DNA of 64,000 bases from Fibrobacteria bacterium (GCA_050294405.1 JBNKOC010000007.1:119385-183384); one strand, 5' to 3'. Positions 19,752 through 29,309 are shown, counted from the stretch's first letter. The notes: generated by a model from the sequence alone, not told the origin. Numbers and translations are program-made.

Positions 19752-20744
19752 TTAAAAATAGAGATTGGTTCCTGTATCTATTGTCTCTTTTTTACTATCA
19801 CTTAGAATGTTTTGTTGCCGTGTAGCAATTTTTTTACTTTGTTTATAGAAAACAATCGGAACTGGTTGAAAATTATTGCAAAGAGAGCAGTTCTTACAAA
19901 TTATACCTCTGAATTCAATAAATACTGGATTTATTTCAAAGGTTCTTTTTACAATATATACCTTATTAATTTCTACAGGTTGCTCAGGTAAGCTGTAATT
20001 TACTTTCCGCTTCTTTTTTAGAAATTTCTTATCAACTGAAGTTATTGCAAATTTACGATTAATCTCGCCATTTATTTTAAGCTTTAGCAGATCAAGTTTT
20101 TTTTCTGATAAATTAAACTCAGTTTTTAGCTTATGTGAAATATCTTCATTTATAGTAATTGATTCTTCAAGACTTAACTCCTCTTCATATTCGATGTTTT
20201 GTCCAGCTAATACCTCTACTGTAGTCATCCATTTATCCTCGAAAAGAAAATTTTCATTTATCTTCTGTACTCCAAGTAAATGAAAATCAATTGTGCTCTC
20301 AGTGAACAACCCCTTCCTTTCAGATAAAATGACAGGAAAGTCTTTTATTTGAAATTGTTTTTGAAAATCTATTTCAAATTTTGTATATAGTTTAAAAACT
20401 TTGTCTGGCAATTCCCTTATCTTCGTTTTCTCTAAAAATGATTCATAGCCTAATTCATAAGCATCACCAACTTCTTGCCTTTCTGCTTCTGCACTAAGCA
20501 TTACAGCTTTTATCAAAGGATTTATTTCTATCAGTTTCTTAAAAAGGTCAGTACCTTTCATCTGTGGCATTTTCTGGTCTAGCACAACTACTTTAATAGG
20601 ATTGCTTTTGATAATGTTTATTGCCTCCAAAGGATTGTCTGTTGTCAATATTCCAAATTTATACTTCGCCGATATTAACTCCGCAAAATCTTCTGCAGCA
20701 TTTGGCACATCATCAACAATTAATATTTCCGGATTTTTATTCAT
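19752..20744 (-). CDS. Response regulator (REC domain plus unrecognised output domain), cassette 1
   Basis: ILIVDD, VVLDQKMPQMKG, MLSA, FLEK. Confidence 0.85.
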   Translation of the reverse strand: MNKNPEILIVDDVPNAAEDFAELISAKYKFGILTTDNPLEAINIIKSNPIKVVVLDQKMPQMKGTDLFKKLIEINPLIKAVMLSAEAERQEVGDAYELGYESFLEKTKIRELPDKVFKLYTKFEIDFQKQFQIKDFPVILSERKGLFTESTIDFHLLGVQKINENFLFEDKWMTTVEVLAGQNIEYEEELSLEESITINEDISHKLKTEFNLSEKKLDLLKLKINGEINRKFAITSVDKKFLKKKRKVNYSLPEQPVEINKVYIVKRTFEINPVFIEFRGIICKNCSLCNNFQPVPIVFYKQSKKIATRQQNILSDSKKETIDTGTNLYF

Positions 20745-22266
20745 TGGTCTTTCTATTAGGAAGTTTCACTGTCGTTGTAATATTCACACCATCAACATCA
20801 AATTCAATTGAACCTTTATTTTGCTCTTTGACTAAATGTCTTACAATTTGCAAACCAGTTCCTTTGTGGTTTCTCTTCGATGAATAGCCTGGTGTGTTTA
20901 GTTGCTTTACTGATGGGGTATTAATAGATTCATTTTGAATCACAAGTACTATTTCAGAATCACTACGTTTATTAATTAAACTAATCTTAGCGCTTGGTGG
21001 TGACGCTTTGATTGCATTTTCAAGTAAGGGTAAAAGAATTGCTAAAAGATAATTATTAGTATATGCAGAGAATTCATCTTCTAAATCTACTATAAACTCA
21101 ACTTGTTTTTCAAGGCTTTCTTGATACAAATGAGCTGCAGCAATAATGCTTCTTTTTAAAGATTCAGGAGACCAGTCTGATGAAGATGTTACAAATGCTA
21201 ATTCACGGTAAGCAGCCAAAACGGATTTGCATATATCAACACTTGTTTTTATAGTTGATAATGTTTTTTTAAACTTTTTTTCATCCTTGCTTATTTCATT
21301 ATAATTCTCATCAAATATTATTGTTTTTGTTTCTATTTGTGAAAGCGGAGTGATTAAGAAATGATATAGTTCCCTTATAAATAGTTGGTTATTCGAATTA
21401 TTATATTGAGAAATGCTTAAATTATCATCTTTTAGCTTTATATCTTGTAGCTCTTTCTTAAGTTCATTTATCGATTCATTTATTGATACTAAACTTTTGC
21501 TATCAATAGACTGTGATTTGCTAGTGCCACTAGTATTAACTAATATCTTATTTACATAATGCTCTAAATAATCTTTTTGCTTATAATTAAGTTCTTCGAA
21601 CATTTTCATGTTCTTTTCGAATAGATATCGCATTTCTTCATTCATACTTCTATAATATTTGCTGTCGAATTCACGATATCTTATCCTCTCATTTTCTAAC
21701 TCATACTCATCTCTATATCTTGTTTCTTTATTACTTAATCTATCCAACACATATCGTATAAATCTTTGTTGTTCTCTTTTTGAACTACTTGAGAATATTC
21801 TGTAAACAATTATGGAAATGATAAGGATAAACAGCAAAGGCACCCAAAAACTAAAAACAATTTTTGGGTATGAATTATTAAACTCATTCAAATACGATAA
21901 TGTATCAGAATCATGGAGATTCATTTTTAGAACAAAAGGTACAACTCCAAAAAAGATGGATATAAAAATAGGAATACTGATTATTTGAGGTTTGTAATCT
22001 TTTCTTATCGATTTTCTGAAACTGAATAAGACAAATAAAAATGTTATGAAGAATATAGCATTTCCTATTTTCCATATCATTGTAGAAGTACTTGTTGGAA
22101 ATATTTCTCTACTGGACATATAAACAAACGACGTAATGATAAATCCAACAGGGAATAGAAAAATCCACCAACTTTCTTCCATGTCTATTTCGACAATAAC
22201 AGCAATTGTTGCAATTATGAGTCCTAAAATACTTAGTATAAACAATATCCAATAAAATATTTCCAT
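20737..22266 (-). CDS. Membrane sensor histidine kinase, cassette 1
   Basis: About 5 N-terminal TM helices; H-box ELYHFLITPL, N-box LENAIKA, G-box GYSSK..HKGTGLQIV. Confidence 0.8.
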   Translation of the reverse strand: MEIFYWILFILSILGLIIATIAVIVEIDMEESWWIFLFPVGFIITSFVYMSSREIFPTSTSTMIWKIGNAIFFITFLFVLFSFRKSIRKDYKPQIISIPIFISIFFGVVPFVLKMNLHDSDTLSYLNEFNNSYPKIVFSFWVPLLFILIISIIVYRIFSSSSKREQQRFIRYVLDRLSNKETRYRDEYELENERIRYREFDSKYYRSMNEEMRYLFEKNMKMFEELNYKQKDYLEHYVNKILVNTSGTSKSQSIDSKSLVSINESINELKKELQDIKLKDDNLSISQYNNSNNQLFIRELYHFLITPLSQIETKTIIFDENYNEISKDEKKFKKTLSTIKTSVDICKSVLAAYRELAFVTSSSDWSPESLKRSIIAAAHLYQESLEKQVEFIVDLEDEFSAYTNNYLLAILLPLLENAIKASPPSAKISLINKRSDSEIVLVIQNESINTPSVKQLNTPGYSSKRNHKGTGLQIVRHLVKEQNKGSIEFDVDGVNITTTVKLPNRKTNE

Positions 22267-22313
22267 AATATATTTATTTAATGTTCAATTTTTGTTTCTC
22301 ATTTTGTTTTAAT

Positions 22314-22389
22314 GCACCCTAACTTGTTTATATATGTAACAAAATTTAACTTATCTCCCAAAAAATGTTGGCTTTGTGTAGTTTTTCTT
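22314..22389 (-). other. attI-like primary recombination site
   Basis: Minus strand ...GTTAAAT TTT GTTACAT ATAT AAACAA GTTAGGGTGC; no long hairpin; directly 3' of the integrase stop; conserved in the copy at 25640-25700. Confidence 0.7.
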
Positions 22390-23592
22390 TCATAAAGAAT
22401 CGAATGGGCTTTTAATATTTTGAAGGCTTCGGGTGCTAACGTGGGTGTAAATTTCGGTGGTGCGGCTGCTGTTATGCCCTAAAAGAGTTTGAATGTACCT
22501 TAGGTCTGTACCATTTTCCAAAAGATGTGTGGCATAACTATGCCTAAGCCAATGCAAACTTACAGGCTTTTTTATATTCGCCTTTTTCAGTGCTTGCTTT
22601 AATACATTTTGAAGACTCTCCGCTGTATACTGTTCAGCTTTTCGCTGTCCCTCAAACAACCATACCGCCGGTCTGTACGCTTTGTAGTAGTCACGCAACA
22701 TTTCAATAATCTTCGTTGAAATCGGCGCTATACGGTCTTTTTTTCCCTTGCCCTGCTTAATTAGCAACACGCCTCTCTTATTGTCTATGTCGGCTGGTTT
22801 CAGATTCAGCAGTTCACTTCTTCGCAGTCCACAGGCGTATATTAAACTCAACATGGTCCTGTGTTTTATATTTCCGTGCGCCTCCAATATTGCTTTCACA
22901 TCTTCCTTGCTCAGTACATTCGGTAATTTTCTTTCTCTTCTTGGACGATGTAACGCTTTTAATTCCAGGTTTTTGTTGTCCACAATATTGAAAAAAAGTT
23001 TTATGCCATTTAATACCTGATTTTGATAGGAGGAAGAATAGTTGTTTTTCAGGATGTAGTGGTAATTAAATTCAATAACATCTTCATTTGTGATCTGGTC
23101 AATTTGTTTTTCAGTAAAAAACCTTAGGAAAACAGAAACAACGTCAGTGTATGTCTTTATCGTACTTTGGCTGTAGCGTTTGCTCAGCAACCAGGTCTCA
23201 AATTTTTTCAGTTTTTGATTGGCATAGTCTCCCAATTTTTCCAAATTCCGACTTCGGCTTCTTCTTTTTTTATCATTTTTCTCTGAATTGTTTGAAAAAA
23301 AGTTATTGCGGTTGGAAATGGACATGGTCTCAATTCGCGCTAACCCTTCAAATGCGTCGAAAATCGCGTTTAAACTTTCAGAATTATCGGATAAATACCA
23401 GCATTTTTGCGTAATACTCCATCGGCATCCCAGTTTACGGGCCACGGTTATCAACTTTTGATTATAGGGAAAAAATAAACCAAGCACTTTATTATTTAGA
23501 TGCAATATTGGCTGCACCCTTATTTCCGTTCGGGTTCCATACCCACTTTTAGGATTCGGTCTGTGCGCAACAGTAGCATAGGTTAAATTCAT
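22390..23592 (-). CDS. Tyrosine recombinase/integrase (SAM-like N domain), putative cassette integrase
   Basis: Intact R-K-H-R-H-Y residues: GLRRSE, KGKKDR, HWLRHSYATH, LLGH, TEIYTH. Confidence 0.92.
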   Translation of the reverse strand: MNLTYATVAHRPNPKSGYGTRTEIRVQPILHLNNKVLGLFFPYNQKLITVARKLGCRWSITQKCWYLSDNSESLNAIFDAFEGLARIETMSISNRNNFFSNNSEKNDKKRRSRSRNLEKLGDYANQKLKKFETWLLSKRYSQSTIKTYTDVVSVFLRFFTEKQIDQITNEDVIEFNYHYILKNNYSSSYQNQVLNGIKLFFNIVDNKNLELKALHRPRRERKLPNVLSKEDVKAILEAHGNIKHRTMLSLIYACGLRRSELLNLKPADIDNKRGVLLIKQGKGKKDRIAPISTKIIEMLRDYYKAYRPAVWLFEGQRKAEQYTAESLQNVLKQALKKANIKKPVSLHWLRHSYATHLLENGTDLRYIQTLLGHNSSRTTEIYTHVSTRSLQNIKSPFDSL

Positions 23593-23829
23593 CAGTATTT
23601 TTTCTTATCCGAATTATTACTAAAAAATTTAGTACCCTGTTTCGGAAAATCCCATAAAAAATACGGGCATTATAGAGATTTCCATAGAAACTAAGTCTTT
23701 TCCAGCTCCCCCCTAGCCCTGCCGCAAGTAACTAAGCCCTCCCATACCCTTCCCTAGCCCTGTCACAGCTAACCATGCCCTGCCAGGCCAGTCTATAACT
23801 CTGCCACTCTGTCCTGGGGCCGTGCATCT

Positions 23830-23915
23830 GCATTCTAAGGCTTGCCCGGCCAATCTAAAGGCTTGCCACTCCATTCTGAGCCCCTGCCACTGCGTTCTGA
23901 GGCCGTGCCGGAGCA
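23830..23915. repeat. Degenerate 21-bp tandem repeat
   Basis: cattctaaggcttgcccggcc / aatctaaaggcttgccactcc / attctgagcccctgccactgc / gttctgaggccgtgccggagc. Confidence 0.55.
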
Positions 23916-24167
23916 CTTCCATAGGCTGCCTGTTCAAATTTAGGGCTTTCCACACAGTTCCGGGCTTTTCCCCCATTTTTTTTAGGCATGAACAAATTGA
24001 AACAAAAGAGGTTTTTATTAGTGACATAAATATGACATTATTTGCAAAAGTCAGCCCTATGTTAAAATATGGATAAACATTTTAAACTCCAATAACATTG
24101 ACTCACAAGGCCTTTATTTATTGGTATAAAAGATGGTTATCTGTTTAACCTTAACAAGGAGATAATT

Positions 24168-24926
24168 ATGAATTATCAATCCGATTATGAAAGCATCCTG
24201 CCCCAACTTGAGGCGTTGGATGTAAACAACATTTGGAGACCCCGTGCTCCAATTGATGTTATAGCCCTGGAAGGCGAAAGTCTTTTTAAATGGGCCGGGC
24301 CGGATAAGGACATACTCACGGCCAATGGATTAGATTGGAGCCTGGTAGAATCCCTGCCCCAGCGGGCAGGTGCATTGCGTCAGGCCGAATCTATTTACAT
24401 TGCCGATAAAAGTCGAACCAAAGAGGCAAGTACGCAATGGGAAGCCCAGTCCCCCGAGGGTTTTGAATTGCGCCACTTCTTACTTCGCACTTTTAGGTAT
24501 GCCTTTAAAAATTCACCCGAGGCCTTGGAACAGGTTAAACCTATATCCGAAGGCAAACGCCAATCCGATATGGTCCTTGATTTAAACAGTCTGGCCGTAT
24601 TGGGTGAGCAACATCGCGACAAACTGGAAGCCATTGGCTTTGATTTCAGTCTACTGGAAACAGCCAGGACTTCAGCGAAGCATTTGGGTGAATTATTGGC
24701 CGATTACCGAATATCCAGTTTCCAATCTCATTCTTTGGAAATGCGAAATCGCGCCTACACCTTTTTACAATTGGCCATCAACGAAATCCGCAGTTGCGGC
24801 CAGTACAGCTTTTTTGGGAATAACTTGCGCCTTGCAGGATATACTTCTCATTACAAGCGTTATGTAAAAAGGCAAAAGCAAACAAACCAACCTACAGAAT
24901 CTGGTGAACAAAAACCTGTGGAATAA
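24168..24926 (+). CDS. Hypothetical alpha-helical protein divergent from the integrase
   Basis: Strong RBS (aaggaga), 252-aa ORF and a downstream terminator. Confidence 0.75.
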   Translation: MNYQSDYESILPQLEALDVNNIWRPRAPIDVIALEGESLFKWAGPDKDILTANGLDWSLVESLPQRAGALRQAESIYIADKSRTKEASTQWEAQSPEGFELRHFLLRTFRYAFKNSPEALEQVKPISEGKRQSDMVLDLNSLAVLGEQHRDKLEAIGFDFSLLETARTSAKHLGELLADYRISSFQSHSLEMRNRAYTFLQLAINEIRSCGQYSFFGNNLRLAGYTSHYKRYVKRQKQTNQPTESGEQKPVE

Positions 24927-24947
24927 CCCGGGTTTGTAACCAGTGGG

Positions 24948-24973
24948 CCCAACCTGAAAGGGTTGGGTTTTTT
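24948..24973 (+). terminator. Rho-independent terminator
   Basis: cccaacc-tgaaag-ggttggg followed by a T run. Confidence 0.75.
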
Positions 24974-24996
24974 AAACAAAAGGTCTTTTAATTTTC

Positions 24997-25623
24997 TTAC
25001 TTTTCCCCAAACTTTACCATTCCCCAAACTCCTAATAGCCATAGTCCCATAGCAAGCGGCCAGAATATTTCCAATTTGAAATATAAGGCTTGGGCAGTTA
25101 TAAGAGATGGGATAGATAATATGCAAGCCAATCCCACCCACCAGGGCGCTATTTTATTTCTCATTATTGCGACACCCGCAATAATCCAGGCTAACATAAA
25201 GCAAAAATTATACAGTAATATTCCCGATAAACAAATTAAAGAAGTTTCCGATTCAAGTCCATCATTGATTGCCTTTGGGTCCATCCCTGAAGCCACAAAG
25301 CCTGCGGCTAAACCTCGAAAACCAGATATAAAGGCAATAAAGGCTGTACCCAAAACACCCAGGACCGTTACCACGATTCCTGTGTTAGGAGACCGCTCTG
25401 CGATCCTCTGCCCCATGAAAATGAAGGTGGCAACAAAAAAAGGAACACCAATCCCCATAATCAGACCTTCATATCCACTTACCCAATTGAGGTCTCCTGG
25501 AAGCGTTCCAATTCCCAGTGCCCTTACTACCGATGCAATAAAAAAGAATAATGGCGCAACTAACGCCAACATGGGCAATCGTTTCTTAAAAGTTCTCGCC
25601 CATTTGTCATTCTGATTTTCCAT
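24997..25623 (-). CDS. Hypothetical multi-pass membrane protein
   Basis: About 6 hydrophobic segments; RBS (aagga) upstream. Confidence 0.7.
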   Translation of the reverse strand: MENQNDKWARTFKKRLPMLALVAPLFFFIASVVRALGIGTLPGDLNWVSGYEGLIMGIGVPFFVATFIFMGQRIAERSPNTGIVVTVLGVLGTAFIAFISGFRGLAAGFVASGMDPKAINDGLESETSLICLSGILLYNFCFMLAWIIAGVAIMRNKIAPWWVGLACILSIPSLITAQALYFKLEIFWPLAMGLWLLGVWGMVKFGEK

Positions 25624-25639
25624 ATTTCATCCTTTGTTA

Positions 25640-26080
25640 GACTTATTTATTTATGTAACGATGTTTAATAAAGTTCCCTAAAAATGTTGGCTTGGAGTAG
25701 TTTTTTTTTATAAAGGAATCCAATGGGCTTTTAATATTTTGAAGGCCTTGGGTGCTTAGGTGGGTGTAAATTTCAATTGAGCAGTTGCTATTACATTTTA
25801 GTCCGAATTAATAACTAAAAAATTTAGTACCGGATATTGAAAAATCACACAAAAAATTCAGAATTTATTGCGGTTTCCATAAAAACATAGCCTTTCCAGG
25901 CCCATCCATAGGCTAACTGTTCAAATTTATGGCTTTCCACACAGTTCCGGGCTTTTCCCATGTTTTATTATGCCTAAATAAATTGAAACCAAAGAGAAGT
26001 TTCAATCTGATTATGAAAACATCCTGTCCCAACTTGAGGCATTATATACTTCTCATTACAAGCGTTATGTAAAAAGGCAG
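25640..26080 (-). pseudogene. Internally deleted miniature copy of the attI-integrase-divergent ORF platform
   Basis: Five colinear blocks matching 22322-22475, 23608-23710, 23918-24010, 24176-24215 and 24838-24874. Confidence 0.85.
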
Positions 26081-26085
26081 ACCCT

Positions 26086-27840
26086 CTAAGGTTCTACCAC
26101 CATGTCGGAAACATTATTTTCAAACACCACCGCCTCTTGAGTCACAGTTCCATCGTTTTCCTGGCGGATACCAGCATCTGCGGAGTTTTTCACCGTAGAA
26201 TTTTTAATGGTCAGAGTACCACCATCTTCCACTAAAATATTCTGGAGGGGCTTTATAAGTGCGCCATGTCGGGGGTTGCCTCCTCCCGAAATAGTAACAT
26301 AATCCATTTGATTATTCATAGATGGAGAACGAATGTAAATGCCTACCCAATATCCAGCGGTATTGGGTTCTAAGCCGATTATAGAAATTGGTTTAGCATT
26401 GTTTCCAATGGCTTTTAATGATCCATCTGATTGAACATCTATTAAGGCCCCTTCCCTAGCTAAGATCGAAACACCAGGCATCAATGTTAAATCCGCCATA
26501 ACATCAAAATCAGTGTTTGCACCCAATGTGTAAGGCACACCCAAGTTATGCCAAGTTGCAGCATTTTCCAGGTCTGAGGAATAACCATCAATGTAATCAT
26601 TGCCATTGCCGGTATAACTGGATAGAGTATCTAAAACCGCATATTGAGATGTGGATAGATACACGGGTGCAATTTCATTACCAGTAAACACATTAGTTGA
26701 AAATTCTGCAATCTGAGCAGTACTGCTATATGTCCTTAGACCATGCCCACCACATTTATCAAAGTTGGAGTAAGTTACCTCCACTAAGCCATCAGAATTT
26801 AAAAAAAGACATGCCTTAAGTGCAGAATTACCATTGAAACTGGAAGCACCTCCTCCAGTAAAGGTCACATATGAAAATTTATTGTTACTGCTGGCGGTAG
26901 TTATCCAAACTCCCTTCCAAGAGCCTATAATATCTTCCATACCAGAAAATTTAATTGGTTTTTCTGGGGTACCTATGGCTTGCACCGAACCTCCAGTTTC
27001 TGTGGTTATCCCCGCATTTTGGGTAAATACCAGTTCAACACCTGGATCAATAATAAGAGCTGCGGAGGCTTTAATGCTTTTATCAATTTGGTATGGTACT
27101 CCCAAATCTTTAAAATGAACATCTGCTTCCACATCATTAGAGGAATAAAATTCATGGATTCGAATGTAATTAACCGAATTTCCTGTGAATTGGCTCGCAA
27201 CATCAAAATCTGATATATGTTGAATATCCACATAAATGGGTGCCCCAAGGTTTTCGGTAATAATATTGTTAGAAAACTCCTCTAATTTTGAAGAAGGTCC
27301 ATCACTCAAAATTCCCACTCCCCCACTCTTGGAAATGGTTGAGTTTTGCAGTACTAACCTCCCGTTACCTCCAAGGGCAATGGCAGCCGGACTATCGTAG
27401 CCAGAAAATGCCTTTGAACCCGCATTTGTTACGCTAACATATTTCAAGATATTGCTAGCCGAATTGCTTTCAAACTGTAATCCATACCAATAACCCTCAA
27501 CATTTTCTTTTCCCTTGAATTGAATCGCCTTATCAGGCAAGCCAGTTGCATCCAGGGAACCTCCTGAGCCAACTTGAAAGGAAGTATTTTCCCTAAATTC
27601 AATAACAACGCCCGGATTTACTGTGACTTTTGCAGAAATATCAACCGCTGTGGTCACTATATAATCGGAAAGTGTAGGATCCTCAAAGATATCCTCTAAA
27701 ATTCTGTCAGAGGAAATATCAGCATCTATTGTAACAGCATTGGATTTATTCGGGTCCTCTGGGTCTAAGGGGGTTTCAGAGCAATGCATAAAAACTAATG
27801 CCATTGGAACAAACGAAAATATGGAAAATAGGCGAAACAT
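26086..27840 (-). CDS. Lipoprotein with right-handed parallel beta-helix repeats
   Basis: Lipobox-like LVFMHC; three repeats of PGV...GSL.A.G...PI.F.G...G.W.GI. Confidence 0.75.
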   Translation of the reverse strand: MFRLFSIFSFVPMALVFMHCSETPLDPEDPNKSNAVTIDADISSDRILEDIFEDPTLSDYIVTTAVDISAKVTVNPGVVIEFRENTSFQVGSGGSLDATGLPDKAIQFKGKENVEGYWYGLQFESNSASNILKYVSVTNAGSKAFSGYDSPAAIALGGNGRLVLQNSTISKSGGVGILSDGPSSKLEEFSNNIITENLGAPIYVDIQHISDFDVASQFTGNSVNYIRIHEFYSSNDVEADVHFKDLGVPYQIDKSIKASAALIIDPGVELVFTQNAGITTETGGSVQAIGTPEKPIKFSGMEDIIGSWKGVWITTASSNNKFSYVTFTGGGASSFNGNSALKACLFLNSDGLVEVTYSNFDKCGGHGLRTYSSTAQIAEFSTNVFTGNEIAPVYLSTSQYAVLDTLSSYTGNGNDYIDGYSSDLENAATWHNLGVPYTLGANTDFDVMADLTLMPGVSILAREGALIDVQSDGSLKAIGNNAKPISIIGLEPNTAGYWVGIYIRSPSMNNQMDYVTISGGGNPRHGALIKPLQNILVEDGGTLTIKNSTVKNSADAGIRQENDGTVTQEAVVFENNVSDMVVEP

Positions 27841-28198
27841 ACAAACTCCTCAGTTTTCAAAAATAAATTTGCCCATCTAAAGGCTTAAAACGCCTCTTTT
27901 TCAGGGCTACCTATTCTTGAGACGAATAGAGCTGCAAATTATGCAACCTTAGAATTACTAGGACTTACCTTCAAAAACAAATTTCCAGTTCCCCCAGTAT
28001 GTTCGATTCTAATAAGATTGGGTTTCTGTTTTAGAGCGACCAGTTTTGCAAGGCGTTCATCATCCATAGTTAAATGGAGTTTTTTTCATTCCAATATTAT
28101 TTTAATTCCAGATTGACCTTTAGTTGACCCTCCGCAAAGGGACAAACACTTTTTTTAAAATTTTTATTTAAATGAAGCAAATTTTGAAATAAATTTTA

Positions 28199-29158
28199 AT
28201 GATACCTGGAGGAACTATGGATAATAAACAAAACCCTTCTGAAGATTCCGAGTCAATTGCTGAATTCAAAAACCGCACTATTCTTGAAATAGATTTATTA
28301 AAAAAAGAAATCGCCCTCTTAGAGAAGGATGCACAAGCAAAAGAAAAATATCGCCCACAAGAAATCCGCAAACAATTATATGCAATGGTTTCTCTTTGGG
28401 GTTCTTGGCTGACAGTTATCGTTGGTATCTTAGGTTTTATCGGAATCCAACAATATGTGAATAATATTGTTCAAAAAACTGTGGAGCTAAATTATGCAGA
28501 ACAAGCAAAAAAGCAGTCAGCATTTAATATTCGATTTGAAATTAAAGAAATTGAAGATGATATCCATAGAAAGAATGATGACTATGAGCAAGCTTTGGAA
28601 AAAATTGCTCGCATAAAAAACGATGCACTCAATACTAAAGATGAATATTTAATACAAAGATACGTAGACGTTTATACACGATTCGCATTTTCCGCTCTAA
28701 AATATGAATTACTTGATGAAATAAGTACTGAATTTGAAAAGGAAGGGTATAAATTTTCCTATATAACCTGGGCAAATATTGCAATTGCCAATTTCTATTT
28801 ATATGCCGAAAGTAAAAAAGATGTTTCAAAACAAAAAAGTTTTGAAGCCTGCAAGCGCGCCCTTGATATTAAACCAAATTATGGAGAAATTCCGGCAATA
28901 GAACTTCTAAACAATATGATAACATATGATTTAAACTTAAGTAAAGAGTCAAGGGATAGTGCACTAGAAAATTCTGCTAAAACATTTAAAGCCTTAAACA
29001 GCGGTATTCTATCAACTCAATATATGGCATATACAAGGCTCACGTCTCAAGATTCAGTGGTATCCTATTATACAAACATTTTAAAAACAAATTTTCCTCA
29101 AGAATTTAAATACCTTGAAGACCGCTATTATGATTATATGTATTCTAAAACAAAGTAA
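28199..29158 (+). CDS. Hypothetical membrane-anchored helical/TPR-like protein
   Basis: One TM segment, coiled coil, ACKRALDIKPNY TPR-like end. Confidence 0.55.
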   Translation: MIPGGTMDNKQNPSEDSESIAEFKNRTILEIDLLKKEIALLEKDAQAKEKYRPQEIRKQLYAMVSLWGSWLTVIVGILGFIGIQQYVNNIVQKTVELNYAEQAKKQSAFNIRFEIKEIEDDIHRKNDDYEQALEKIARIKNDALNTKDEYLIQRYVDVYTRFAFSALKYELLDEISTEFEKEGYKFSYITWANIAIANFYLYAESKKDVSKQKSFEACKRALDIKPNYGEIPAIELLNNMITYDLNLSKESRDSALENSAKTFKALNSGILSTQYMAYTRLTSQDSVVSYYTNILKTNFPQEFKYLEDRYYDYMYSKTK

Positions 29159-29309
29159 ATATAAGCTACAGCCAGCATTTTACCAGGTTCAATAATAAAT
29201 TCCATGCTGCGGCCTCCATCGTCCTAATATTTTTTTATATTGATTTAGTTGCTCCGGCTCAGGATTGAGTAACCAAGCTTTCGGTTTCCTTAAATGATTA
29301 GGAGAACAC

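Larger units (their letters stand above)
7141..23592 (-). mobile_element. Integron-like element: integrase, attI-like site and at least 9 cassettes
   Basis: Co-oriented cassettes separated by ~135-bp hairpins with AAC/GTT ends. Confidence 0.8.

Noticed and set aside
22390..23592. Calling the integrase intI or xerC/xerD
   Set aside because: It lacks the IntI-specific insertion, and its context and long N-terminus do not fit chromosomal Xer; no symbol assigned.
23713..24027. 104-aa ORF upstream of the integrase
   Set aside because: Probably a by-product of the 21-bp periodic tract; no recognisable domain.
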